Assembly (NCBI GenBank): GCA_964599625.1
Contig: CAZRGC010000001.1
Span: forward strand, 51,019-115,018
Length of the DNA stretch: 64,000 nt
Origin: an uncultured Gammaproteobacteria bacterium
GTDB taxonomy: Bacteria; Patescibacteriota; Microgenomatia; UBA8517
Direction: 5' to 3'
The notes under the pieces were generated by a model. It worked only from the letters and a program-made list of their open reading frames with translations. It did not search any database and was not told the DNA's origin. Shown here piece after piece: positions 1 through 8,939 of the stretch. Numbering within the stretch: position 1 is the stretch's first letter; the number at the start of each line of letters is the position of its first letter. Position numbers and translations under genes: made by a program.

Positions 1-17
1 GGCCTGTTAAAGCCCAC

Positions 18-647
18 ATGCTAGTATCTGTTGACGGACAAAAACTTATTTCGGATAACCCGGGAATACTTAAGACTATTGATAGCAGCCTTTTGCAAAT
101 ATCACTTAGACTTGGTCCACTGGGTGACGACCAGAGAAAAGTTTCGGACGTAAGTGTAGTGTCGGGAGGATTAACTATTTCGCAACTTGGAAGCGGCAAT
201 CAGTCGGAGGCGATGCTCATGGAACTGAAGGGTAAAAAGTATGTAATAAAGACAAATAAATCTTTAAGCAGAAGATTTGACAGGTACTCTCAGCCGTATA
301 CGAACGAAATGCTCCAGATACAAGCCGTGCAAAAAGCTTTTGCTTCGGAATTCAAAACCGCTGGTGTATTTATCCCAAAGATTCTTTTTGCAACGGGACA
401 TATGAGCTGCTCAGAATATGTGCAGGGTAAAAGTTTGAAAACTACTGATGACAGAAAGATAAGAGAACTGGTGGTCAAAGTTTTTGAATACGTATATGAC
501 CACAACAAAGCAGGGGATGCGCTTTGGAAGGATGTGCATTTGGATTGGAACAACGATTTTGGAAACGGGCCTACAAGGGTTGATTTGATTGATTCAGGAA
601 GTGGCATAGCTTGGGTTGACCTCTTCTACCACAAGTGGGTTAATTAA
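18..647 (+). CDS. Hypothetical protein, possibly protein-kinase-like fold; may extend 5' beyond the window
   Basis: 209 aa ORF with LGSGNQS glycine loop-like segment, YVIKT, NE and SEYVQG; catalytic loop is not canonical. Confidence 0.4.
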   Translation: MLVSVDGQKLISDNPGILKTIDSSLLQISLRLGPLGDDQRKVSDVSVVSGGLTISQLGSGNQSEAMLMELKGKKYVIKTNKSLSRRFDRYSQPYTNEMLQIQAVQKAFASEFKTAGVFIPKILFATGHMSCSEYVQGKSLKTTDDRKIRELVVKVFEYVYDHNKAGDALWKDVHLDWNNDFGNGPTRVDLIDSGSGIAWVDLFYHKWVN

Positions 648-1828
648 CGTTTGTAATATTTTCTTCCGCTTATCTTTTCCGGCAGCAAAGATTTGTCGGT
701 ATACATTTCGTAGTCATCTCCATACCCCGCATCACTCATTAGTTTGGTAACAGGATTTCTTATCTTTTTGGGAACGGGCAAATTGCCGTACCTTCTTACA
801 TCATCGAGCGCTTTGAAGTAAGCGTCGTAAGCCCCCCTGTCCTTTTTGGCTAAGGCCAGATACAAAGCTCCGTGTGCCAGGTTTTCCTGACATTCCGGGT
901 ATCCTATTGTTTCGCAGGCTCTAAATACTTCGTTTGCCACAACAAGAGCTGTGGGTTGGGCCATCCCCACATCTTCGGATGCGAATATCACCATGCGGCG
1001 GGCTATGTATAAGGGGTCTTGTCCCGCTTCAACCATTCTGGCCAGATAGTAAAGTGTGGCGTCGGGGTCGCTTGCTCTCATTGATTTGATAAAAGCAGAA
1101 ATGACATTGTAAAAATCTTCGCCTCGTTTATCAAAAGTATATTGTCTTCTTTGTAGTGCAGTCTCAATATGTTCGACTTTTATGGTTGGAGTCTCGGCAA
1201 ACTTGGCTGCAATTTCCAAAACATTAAGCATAACTCTTGCGTCACCATTGGAAGATTCCAGAAGAAATTTCTCTGCTCCTTTGTTTAATTTTCTTTTAAG
1301 ATGCTTTGCGGCACGCTCCAGAATTTTTTTGAGATTTTTTTCTGTTAATTGCTCTAAAATTAGAACTCTGCATCGGGAAAGAAGCGGACCTATTACTTCA
1401 AATGACGGGTTTTCGGTGGTGGCGCCAATGAGAACAATGTCTCCTCTTTCCACATGAGGCAGGAGTTTATCTTGCTGAGCCTTGTTGAATCTGTGAATTT
1501 CGTCCAAAAAAACAACTGGTTGAAGAGTAAGCTTGAGTTGTTTTTGGTCGGTTACAAGTTTTTCTATGTCAGAAACTTTGGTGTTTACAGCTGAAAATTC
1601 AAAAAATTCCCTTCCGAGAGATTTTGCCAGTATTCTGGCAAGTGTAGTTTTGCCGCTCCCTGGGGGGCCCCAAAAGATCAATGAGGGAAAACCTGCAGAA
1701 TTCCCCGACAGTTTATTTACTTTTAAAAGCTTTGTAATTATTCCTTCCCGGCCGACAATATTCTCTTGACCCACAAAGTCTTTGAGGGTTTTGGGCCGAA
1801 GTGTTTCCGGAAGCGGAGACCCATCCAT
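644..1828 (-). CDS. rarA: Replication-associated recombination protein A (MgsA/RarA AAA+ ATPase)
   Basis: LRP N-terminal motif, WGPPGSGKTT Walker A, FLDEIHRFNKAQQD, GATTENPSF, ISAFIKSMR, ASEDVG. Confidence 0.95.
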   Translation of the reverse strand: MDGSPLPETLRPKTLKDFVGQENIVGREGIITKLLKVNKLSGNSAGFPSLIFWGPPGSGKTTLARILAKSLGREFFEFSAVNTKVSDIEKLVTDQKQLKLTLQPVVFLDEIHRFNKAQQDKLLPHVERGDIVLIGATTENPSFEVIGPLLSRCRVLILEQLTEKNLKKILERAAKHLKRKLNKGAEKFLLESSNGDARVMLNVLEIAAKFAETPTIKVEHIETALQRRQYTFDKRGEDFYNVISAFIKSMRASDPDATLYYLARMVEAGQDPLYIARRMVIFASEDVGMAQPTALVVANEVFRACETIGYPECQENLAHGALYLALAKKDRGAYDAYFKALDDVRRYGNLPVPKKIRNPVTKLMSDAGYGDDYEMYTDKSLLPEKISGRKYYKR

Positions 1829-1922
1829 GTAGCCGCATTATACATAATCCCCAAAAAAACCCAAACACCAAACAAAATGTCTGGACAAACATTTTATTTT
1901 AATATGACTATATAATAAATAG

Positions 1923-2531
1923 ATGTTTGGAGTAAAAATACTCGAGGAAAAAAAATCTTCTAAAAACGGGCAGCTCAAAGTTGTTAAAACACTCTTTTCC
2001 AAACCTTACATTCAGGCCCAGGGGCTTACTCAATCGGGGGGGATTGTAGAAACAATATGGAAAGGCGCATTGGGAAAAGTGAAGCTGAAGAAAGTTAGAA
2101 CATGTTTGATTTTGGGTTATGGAGGTGGGACCGTGGCACGGCTTATTGGACGCAAATGGCCATATGCCAAGATAACGGGTGTAGACAACGACTCGGACAT
2201 TGTAAATCTGGGCCAAAAATATCTGGAATCTTTCAAAAAAGCAGATGTGTACATTAAAGATGCGGAAGAATTTTTGAAAGTGAATAGAGATAAATATGAC
2301 CTAATTATTGTTGATTTGTATAAGGGGGCAAACCTTCCCGCTAAATTTAAAACCGAAGCATTTTATAAACTGGTTGCCGGGAGGCTTTCGGCGGGTGGAA
2401 TTGCTGTATTTAATAGTTTGAGTCTAAGGAAGATGTCGGAGGAGAATATAGGGCCCGTTTTGGAAAAAGTGTTTGGTAAAATTCAAATTTTCAGGCCAAT
2501 TGTGAATCTTGTTTATATTTGCTCCAACTAG
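1923..2531 (+). CDS. Spermidine-synthase-like class I SAM-dependent methyltransferase
   Basis: LILGYGGG motif I, GVD, DAEEFL, YDLIIVDLY, GGIAVFN. Confidence 0.75.
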   Translation: MFGVKILEEKKSSKNGQLKVVKTLFSKPYIQAQGLTQSGGIVETIWKGALGKVKLKKVRTCLILGYGGGTVARLIGRKWPYAKITGVDNDSDIVNLGQKYLESFKKADVYIKDAEEFLKVNRDKYDLIIVDLYKGANLPAKFKTEAFYKLVAGRLSAGGIAVFNSLSLRKMSEENIGPVLEKVFGKIQIFRPIVNLVYICSN

Positions 2532-2534
2532 TTG

Positions 2535-2571
2535 TTGACAAGTTTATTAGTTAGTGTTTATAATACAATTA
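2535..2571 (+). promoter_or_regulatory. Sigma70 promoter overlapped by an NrtR-type operator
   Basis: TTGACA (2535-2540), 18 bp spacer, TATAAT (2559-2564); imperfect palindrome TTAGTGT-ttataat-ACAATTA (2551-2571) with the GT-N7-AC core of NrtR boxes, directly upstream of nrtR. Confidence 0.7.
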
Positions 2572-2583
2572 CTCTAATTAAAT

Positions 2584-3249
2584 ATGGAAATTAAAAGAAG
2601 TGAACTGAATTTTGCAGTTTTGGCAACGGACATTGCAGTGCTAACTTTGGACTCAGGGAAATTAAAAGTTTTAACGGTCGAAGCTGAATCCGTAAATTTT
2701 AAAGGGCAACCGGCGCTTCCCGGGGGTTTGGTTGATGTTTCGGAGTCTTCGTTGATTGCGGCAAAAAGAATACTTCAGAAATATTTGAGATCAACTGATT
2801 TTTACACAGAACAACTTTTTACGTTTGACGATCCAAAGCGAGATCCCGCAGGGCGGGTTGTCTCGGTAGCTTACCTTATGCTCGTGCCATGGAACCAGGC
2901 AAAGGAAATAACAACGGGTGCGGCCCGTTGGGTTACTTGCGACAACCTGCCCAAAATGGCCTATGATCACAATAAGGTTACTAAAGCTGCGGTGGCGCGG
3001 TTGAAAGGCAAACTTACCTACACAAATATTGTATTTGGACTAATGCCTCAAGAATTTACATTGACCGAACTTCAGGAAACGTATGAGAACATTCTCCAAA
3101 AAAGCATGGATAAAAGGAATTTTAGGAAGAAGATAACCTTGCTGGGTATTTTGAAAGAATTATCAAAGAACCGCAAGGGTAACGCTAATCGACCTGCTAA
3201 GTTGTTTGTTTTTGGTTCCAAGAAGCTTGAAGAGGTGGAAATCTTGTAA
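2584..3249 (+). CDS. nrtR: NrtR family ADP-ribose-responsive regulator (Nudix + winged HTH)
   Basis: ALPGG degenerate Nudix, EQLFTF, RDPAGRVVSVAY, AYDH; C-terminal FTLTELQ..YE..DKRNFRKK..RPAKLF wHTH. Confidence 0.9.
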   Translation: MEIKRSELNFAVLATDIAVLTLDSGKLKVLTVEAESVNFKGQPALPGGLVDVSESSLIAAKRILQKYLRSTDFYTEQLFTFDDPKRDPAGRVVSVAYLMLVPWNQAKEITTGAARWVTCDNLPKMAYDHNKVTKAAVARLKGKLTYTNIVFGLMPQEFTLTELQETYENILQKSMDKRNFRKKITLLGILKELSKNRKGNANRPAKLFVFGSKKLEEVEIL

Positions 3250-3380
3250 TTTAAAAAAACTATAAGAATATTTTTTGATTACCAAAAATAACAATATCCA
3301 AAAATTGAACTTTTTACTGAACTCAATTTTTATCTAACTGCGATCAACAGATTGCAATAATCTAAAAACTATAGTATTAT

Positions 3381-3489
3381 TCCAGACGTGAATTTGGGTA
3401 TAAATTTCTGAAGCCTCTTACTCTGATTTGAGGGCTGAAACAGAGCTTTGACTGTCAAAACTCTGGACAGCTTTTAATGCTCATTGACA
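3381..3489 (+). promoter_or_regulatory. Structured 5' leader with boxA-like motif
   Basis: Inverted repeats AGCCTC/GAGGGCT and CAGAGCTTTGAC-T-GTCAAAACTCTG, short T-run, then TGCTCATTGACA (3478-3489), 10/12 to boxA TGCTCTTTAACA. Confidence 0.4.
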
Positions 3490-3511
3490 TTCAAAAATTT
3501 GGAAAGGGAAA

Positions 3512-4279
3512 GTGCCCATGTTTACAGACATTCAGATACGTACTGCACAGATCATCGGAAGGATGCACCTTACCGAGGGACTCAACATGCAGGACGTCCT
3601 GCACATGAGTTTTGCTGATGTGGGACCCAAAAGCGCTGTTCATGGCGTAATCTGTGACGGTTGTTCGCGAGACGCGAATCAACGACCGCTTCACAGCGAG
3701 GTTGGTGCTAGGCTTGGAGGGGACTTTCTGAGAGACGAAACCCAGAGGCTTTTGCTTCGCGGTGTGCCTATCAGGAATATTCCCCCGATTCTGCACAGAG
3801 GACTGATCAACTATGTTCGAAGACAGGCCGATACGATGCCGTTCAGGGATGCAAAATCCCAGATCCAGTTCATTGTGGACAAATTCTTGTTCACAACGGT
3901 TGGATTTATTCGGAATCAAACCGAAACCCTTGTTTACTACCAGGGAGACGGAGTTATCGTCATCAACGACGAACGGACCATAATCGACCAGAATGATCAC
4001 CCGACATACATCGGCTATCATGCAATCAGGCGCGAGTGGCTTCCCAAGGAAGTATCAAAACTTCCCGAAGGATTTACTACGCTTGTATTTCCCAACGACA
4101 CACTCGAAAAAATGGCGATCGCATCGGACTCGCTCGGCAAAGAACCTGATTTTTTTGATCAGCTCTGGGGATACAAAAACCCCATGGGTCTGCAAAGAAA
4201 GGTGAATGCCTGGTCTTTAAACGATCACAAGTTCGCTGACGATTTGTCAATAATAACCGTGGAGAAAGTGGCTCAATAA
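3512..4279 (+). CDS. PP2C-like protein phosphatase (TerY-P triad type)
   Basis: H....NMQD, GVICDGCS, SEVGARL, QGDG, IASD, ADDLSII metal-binding motifs. Confidence 0.8.
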   Translation: MPMFTDIQIRTAQIIGRMHLTEGLNMQDVLHMSFADVGPKSAVHGVICDGCSRDANQRPLHSEVGARLGGDFLRDETQRLLLRGVPIRNIPPILHRGLINYVRRQADTMPFRDAKSQIQFIVDKFLFTTVGFIRNQTETLVYYQGDGVIVINDERTIIDQNDHPTYIGYHAIRREWLPKEVSKLPEGFTTLVFPNDTLEKMAIASDSLGKEPDFFDQLWGYKNPMGLQRKVNAWSLNDHKFADDLSIITVEKVAQ

Positions 4280-4291
4280 TCGGAGGTTTAA

Positions 4292-6205
4292 ATGCGAGTT
4301 TTTATCGGCAACAATGCCGTCACTCTCGATAAACGGACCTTCAAGGGAGCCGGCGGCGAGGGTGCTGTTCACAAGATTTTACACAACGGACATGCGACAG
4401 GTCTGAAGGTTTATGAAACCCCAACACGGGAACGTGCGGAGAAGCTTATGGCTTTTTTCAAACGTGCCCCGAGGTTCACAAACCGGGTGATTGCGCCGCA
4501 GGAACTGGTGTTCAATAGTGCAGGGACTGCCGTTGGTTATACCTACGACCCCTCACACTACCCAATTGGCTTCACGATGCCTTTTGTGGATGGAAACTTT
4601 GCGGAACTGAAACAGCTTTCAAACAAAAAGTTCCGTAAAAGCTACCGCATTAGTACGCGTGATGTTGCGTTGGTTTTTCTTGATGGGATTCCAACACTTA
4701 GCAAAGTGGTTCACTCTCAGGGCTTTGTGGTCGGCGACCTGAGTGATGCGAACGAGATCACAATCAACAACCAGATGTTTTTTTGGGATGTTGACGCTTG
4801 GCAGTTTGACGGATTTCCGTGTCCTGTGGCAACACGAGACTTTGTTGATCCGGCGCTTTACGGCGTTGATTTTTCCAAGAAACCGTCTTTCAACACAGGT
4901 AACGACTGGTATTCGTATGCCGTTCTCCTTTTTAAGAGTCTGCTTCTGGTTCATCCATACGGAGGAACACACAACAGAGTAGATGATCAGCTGGAAAGAG
5001 CGGCTCGCAAAATATCTGTTTTTGACAAAAATGTCGTATATCCTGTAATCGGTATTCATCCCGACATTCTGACTGACGACCTTCATCACGTTTTTTATCA
5101 GTATTTTACCGAAGGTCAAAGAATGCCTTTTCCCGAAAAAACTTTGTCAGATTATCTTGATTCTCTGCGCGAGTGCACATCTTGCGGTACATATTTCCCG
5201 GGAGGCCGTGGAACATGTCCTGTGTGTAGTGCAAAAACGATGGTTGTTATTCAAAAACCGTCTACCTCCGCAAAAGATCTGGATATCTATGAGGTTATAA
5301 GGGTCAATGGCGATGTGCTTGCCAACGCAGTTATTGGCGATCAGGCACGTTTGCTGGTTAATGAAAACGGAAAGATCGTCTATTATGCGAAAGACCTTCG
5401 AAGTAAGACGTTCCCTGGAGTTCGTCGTGAACTTTTCCGTCACATACCCGGCTCAAAGTTCGAGATCGGTTCGGAGCATGTATATGTGAATCAGCCAAAA
5501 AGCGAAGAAATCCTTGTTTACGAGATTGCAACCGGAAAACTGGTGGGCAAGCTCACAACGGAGATTTTTGCTCCCGTAAGACGGGCTTCCTTCAGGGCAT
5601 CTGCATCTCATTTGTATCGCATTGACGGCAACGAACTCAAATTCGGCCGGCTTCGTGGAAATAGTTTTGAGGAGCAGAAGCTTAGGAATGTAGTTGATGA
5701 CCAAACCTGGTTTTGGGTGGAAGATAACTCCGACACCCCTTACGTTTTTGGTTTATTCCAGGTTCTCAAGCAACAAATGTTCTGGATGGTAAAAGATGGG
5801 AGACATTATGACGTACAAATTCCTGAACTCGAGATGGGAGAAGCAGTTCTCGATCTTGCGGTAAGGTTTTCAAGTCAGGGTGTATACCTTCTTAGGAAGA
5901 CTCAGCTTAACGGTATTAACTACGTAAGGCGCGAGATGGTGGACTCAAGCGGAAAGGTGATTTTCACCGACCGTATGGAGGAATCCAAATTGCCCAACCC
6001 CGATATCCATAACATAACCTATTCAACAGGTTTGGCTCTCCACGCTACGGATAAGGGTGTCTTAAACGAAAACGTTAAGACTGGGGCAACGAAGCTTTTC
6101 ACAAGCACCGAAGGCTTTGTTGATAGTGGAGATTCGCTTTTGCGATATGGTGCCTCGATCCTTGCAATCAAACAGGACCGAGTATTGATGATTTCACCCA
6201 AATAA
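4292..6205 (+). CDS. Ser/Thr protein kinase (TerY-P/YegI-like) with zinc ribbon and beta-rich C-terminal domain
   Basis: GAGGEGAV, LKVY, HSQGFVVGDLSDAN, DVDAWQ, DWYSYAV; CTSC..CPVC zinc ribbon. Confidence 0.85.
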   Translation: MRVFIGNNAVTLDKRTFKGAGGEGAVHKILHNGHATGLKVYETPTRERAEKLMAFFKRAPRFTNRVIAPQELVFNSAGTAVGYTYDPSHYPIGFTMPFVDGNFAELKQLSNKKFRKSYRISTRDVALVFLDGIPTLSKVVHSQGFVVGDLSDANEITINNQMFFWDVDAWQFDGFPCPVATRDFVDPALYGVDFSKKPSFNTGNDWYSYAVLLFKSLLLVHPYGGTHNRVDDQLERAARKISVFDKNVVYPVIGIHPDILTDDLHHVFYQYFTEGQRMPFPEKTLSDYLDSLRECTSCGTYFPGGRGTCPVCSAKTMVVIQKPSTSAKDLDIYEVIRVNGDVLANAVIGDQARLLVNENGKIVYYAKDLRSKTFPGVRRELFRHIPGSKFEIGSEHVYVNQPKSEEILVYEIATGKLVGKLTTEIFAPVRRASFRASASHLYRIDGNELKFGRLRGNSFEEQKLRNVVDDQTWFWVEDNSDTPYVFGLFQVLKQQMFWMVKDGRHYDVQIPELEMGEAVLDLAVRFSSQGVYLLRKTQLNGINYVRREMVDSSGKVIFTDRMEESKLPNPDIHNITYSTGLALHATDKGVLNENVKTGATKLFTSTEGFVDSGDSLLRYGASILAIKQDRVLMISPK

Positions 6206-6222
6206 ACCCAAGGAGACTCGAA

Positions 6223-7149
6223 ATGAGTACACCGTTGTTCAATGCAAGTGGTCTGGGAACACTCCGCAAACCCGACCTTGCAAAATATGCCGCTCTCGGC
6301 AAAAATGCGGGACTGAAACCGGCTAGTGAAGACACATTCCGCCGCGTTTTGGTTTTGGTGGACATGCAGAACGACTTTATGGATCAACCATTGGCCGCTC
6401 TTCCTGTTCCCGGCGCTCTTGGCGACGTCAAGCGCGTGATCGAATACATCTACCGCAACCCGGAGAAGATCACAAAGATCGTCGCAAGTCTGGATACACA
6501 CGTCAAACGCATGATCTTCCACCCTGAATGGTGGATCAATGTGGAGACCAAGGAGCACCCGACTCCATACACCGAGATCACTTTGGCTGACATCAAGGCC
6601 GGTAAGTGGCAGGCGCTCGTTGACCCCATCTGGTCCGTTCGCTATGTCGCGTATCTCGAAACCCATGCACAGAAGCATCTCATGATCTGGCCATATCACT
6701 GCATCGTTGGCACTCAAGGTCAGGAACTTGTTCCCGAACTTGCAGAAGCCATCGCTTGGCACTCGGCCGCGCGCGGCACCACCGCTGATTTCATTGAGAA
6801 GGGGACCGACCCCAGGACCGAACACTACGGCATCTGGAAAGCGGAAATGGAAGATCCAAAAGATCCTTCAACTCTCATGAATGTCACCGCTCTTGATATG
6901 ATTTCTTCGTTCGATGAAATCAACATGGCGGGTGAAGCCTGGTCACATTGTGTGGATGCAACAATGCGGCAAGAAGTCGGCTATTTTTCCAATCAGCCCG
7001 ACGTCATCCGCAAGATCCGTTTTATGATCGACTGCACGAGCCCGGTGGCACATCCCACTATCGATTTCCGTGCCATGGCTCAGGCGTCGCTCGACAAAAT
7101 GGTCGCACAGGGTGTAGTTGTCATCAACTCAACTGACCCGGTCAAGTAA
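6223..7149 (+). CDS. Nicotinamidase-like cysteine hydrolase (isochorismatase family)
   Basis: LVDMQNDF, SLDTH, WPYHCIVGT, IEKG, AGEAWSHCV give the Asp-Lys-Cys triad and metal ligands; SD AAGGAG. Confidence 0.85.
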   Translation: MSTPLFNASGLGTLRKPDLAKYAALGKNAGLKPASEDTFRRVLVLVDMQNDFMDQPLAALPVPGALGDVKRVIEYIYRNPEKITKIVASLDTHVKRMIFHPEWWINVETKEHPTPYTEITLADIKAGKWQALVDPIWSVRYVAYLETHAQKHLMIWPYHCIVGTQGQELVPELAEAIAWHSAARGTTADFIEKGTDPRTEHYGIWKAEMEDPKDPSTLMNVTALDMISSFDEINMAGEAWSHCVDATMRQEVGYFSNQPDVIRKIRFMIDCTSPVAHPTIDFRAMAQASLDKMVAQGVVVINSTDPVK

Positions 7150-7189
7150 TACCAACCTTTTTCAAGATCAAATTTCAAGGAGATTTGCA

Positions 7190-7948
7190 ATGTCTCAATC
7201 AAAACAACCATCGGAAGCCATTGTTGGTGCAGGGCTTTCCGTAGAAGCAACCAACATTCTTGTCAAGAATGTGAACACGAAAACGATGGCCGGCGCAGGT
7301 GGTACTGATGTCGACGATCTGGTGACAGATGTCGTTACCCTCTCGCTTCTCATTGTGGACGAAAGCTATTCGATGTCTGACGACGAGACTCAAGTCAAGT
7401 CCGAAATCGATGCCAGTATCGAGGCGATCAAGGATAGCTCTCAGCGGGACGAGATCCTTCTGTCCATTTGGGCGTTTAATTCGCGCACCCGCCTGATTCA
7501 CAGCTACCTCAGCCTGGACCTGGTGGAACCGTTCACGGATTATCATCCGCAGAACAACACGGCGCTTTACGACTCGATCATCGACGGTCTGACCGGCCTG
7601 GTCAAGTATGAGGCAGAACTCAAAGCCCAAGGCTGGCGCGTCAAGCTCAACGTAGGCGTGGTCACCGATGGTGACGACAACGAGAGCCGCCATACCGCCG
7701 CGCAAGTCAAGACTGTGGTCGAGGAACTCCGCCGCAAGCGAGAGAACGCTACGTTCGCCCTTATTGCCCTCGGCAATGACGTGGACGAGACCGTACTCGC
7801 CGCGAGCATGGGTTTCCCCGATCCCAAACGATTCGATAAGACCCCTCAGGGCCGCCGCCGCGCGTTCGGTACCTGGAGTTCGAGTGTCATCAAGACCTCC
7901 CAAACCCAGATCGGCACCGCCAGTGGCAGTCTGTTCCAGGCACCCTAA
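7190..7948 (+). CDS. vWA-domain protein (TerY-like)
   Basis: MIDAS DESYSM, TALYDSI, VTDGDDN; SD AAGGAG supports ATG at 7190. Confidence 0.85.
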   Translation: MSQSKQPSEAIVGAGLSVEATNILVKNVNTKTMAGAGGTDVDDLVTDVVTLSLLIVDESYSMSDDETQVKSEIDASIEAIKDSSQRDEILLSIWAFNSRTRLIHSYLSLDLVEPFTDYHPQNNTALYDSIIDGLTGLVKYEAELKAQGWRVKLNVGVVTDGDDNESRHTAAQVKTVVEELRRKRENATFALIALGNDVDETVLAASMGFPDPKRFDKTPQGRRRAFGTWSSSVIKTSQTQIGTASGSLFQAP

Positions 7949-7989
7949 TTTGCAGGGCAGTCCTGTGAGAAAAAAGTAAGTGTAAGTAC

Positions 7990-8041
7990 AAAAGGAGAAC
8001 AATTCTTTCGCCGCAAGCGACTGAAGGGTTCTCCTTTTTTT
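7990..8041 (+). terminator. Intrinsic terminator of the kinase/nicotinamidase/vWA operon
   Basis: AAAGGAGAAC...GTTCTCCTTT stem with inner TCGC/GCGA hairpin, followed by a T-run. Confidence 0.7.
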
Positions 8042-8059
8042 GTGGTGTAAAATTCACTT

Positions 8060-8896
8060 ATGACCGAAAAAGCTTATGAACACGACTTGAATTTTGCCCA
8101 AGCTTGTGCAAACTATCTTCACGACATGTATCTAGAGGGCGTTTTAACCACAAACGATTTAGAAAGATTCGGTGATAAAGAGATCGACGAGCTGGTACTT
8201 AGAATCCACAAGGGAGGATTTCCTCCACACACAAACTACATGAGATGGGAACATGGGCAAAAACTTAAAGCGATTTTTCATTCGGAAACTCTTCCAAAAG
8301 TTGAAAGGCCTGATACTTTTGAGATAACAAAGTTTGTAGAAAATTTTTTGGATCATCAAAGACAACGCGGCTTTGATGAAATAACTGGTGCTATTGTTTA
8401 CGGAAGTCTTGTAGATGAAACCAGATTTGTTAGAGAAGGAAGTGATCTGGATATATTATTACTTGCAAATACACATTCAGGAAGTTTGTTTCTGGAAAAT
8501 GCATGGTTACAAGATCCCGATTCAGAAGTTAGTTCGGGGGATATTGAAATAAGGTCAAGATATGAGAATTGGAAACAAGATGCGTATAAATTTGCAAAAT
8601 ATGTGTTTCCTCAATTTCAAAACACACCACTCGAAATTGGACACATCTACAACCGCGACATGTTTGAGTATGCACTTTCTCCTGATTCCAAAATGGAAGT
8701 ACCTTGGTGGCTCTATTCACAAGGGATTTATACAATAGGTGGGTTTGAGGATATGTCGGAAGAAAAAGTTGATGCCGAAATTGAAGCAGCACTAAAATCT
8801 AAATGGGTTAAAGAATCAAAACTAAAAACAATCGAGGATATCAAAAAAAATCTGACCACTTTTTTTGGAAGAAACGACAGGTATAAGAAAAAATAA
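8060..8896 (+). CDS. Pol-beta superfamily nucleotidyltransferase-domain protein
   Basis: AIVYGSLV...SDLDILLL (hG[GS]...DhD motif). Confidence 0.6.
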   Translation: MTEKAYEHDLNFAQACANYLHDMYLEGVLTTNDLERFGDKEIDELVLRIHKGGFPPHTNYMRWEHGQKLKAIFHSETLPKVERPDTFEITKFVENFLDHQRQRGFDEITGAIVYGSLVDETRFVREGSDLDILLLANTHSGSLFLENAWLQDPDSEVSSGDIEIRSRYENWKQDAYKFAKYVFPQFQNTPLEIGHIYNRDMFEYALSPDSKMEVPWWLYSQGIYTIGGFEDMSEEKVDAEIEAALKSKWVKESKLKTIEDIKKNLTTFFGRNDRYKKK

Positions 8897-8939
8897 TCTC
8901 AATTTAGCATTGTGTCAACTTCTCTGCTAAAATAAACGC

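Noticed and set aside
6019-8002. Long antisense ORFs (6019-6825, 7199-8002; similarly 56367-57227)
   Set aside because: Shadow frames of GC-rich sense genes that have clear family motifs or SD-led starts.
8060-8896. Second CD-NTase or MNT-HEPN toxin-antitoxin pair
   Set aside because: Only the generic GS..DxD motif is present; no adjacent effector or HEPN gene.
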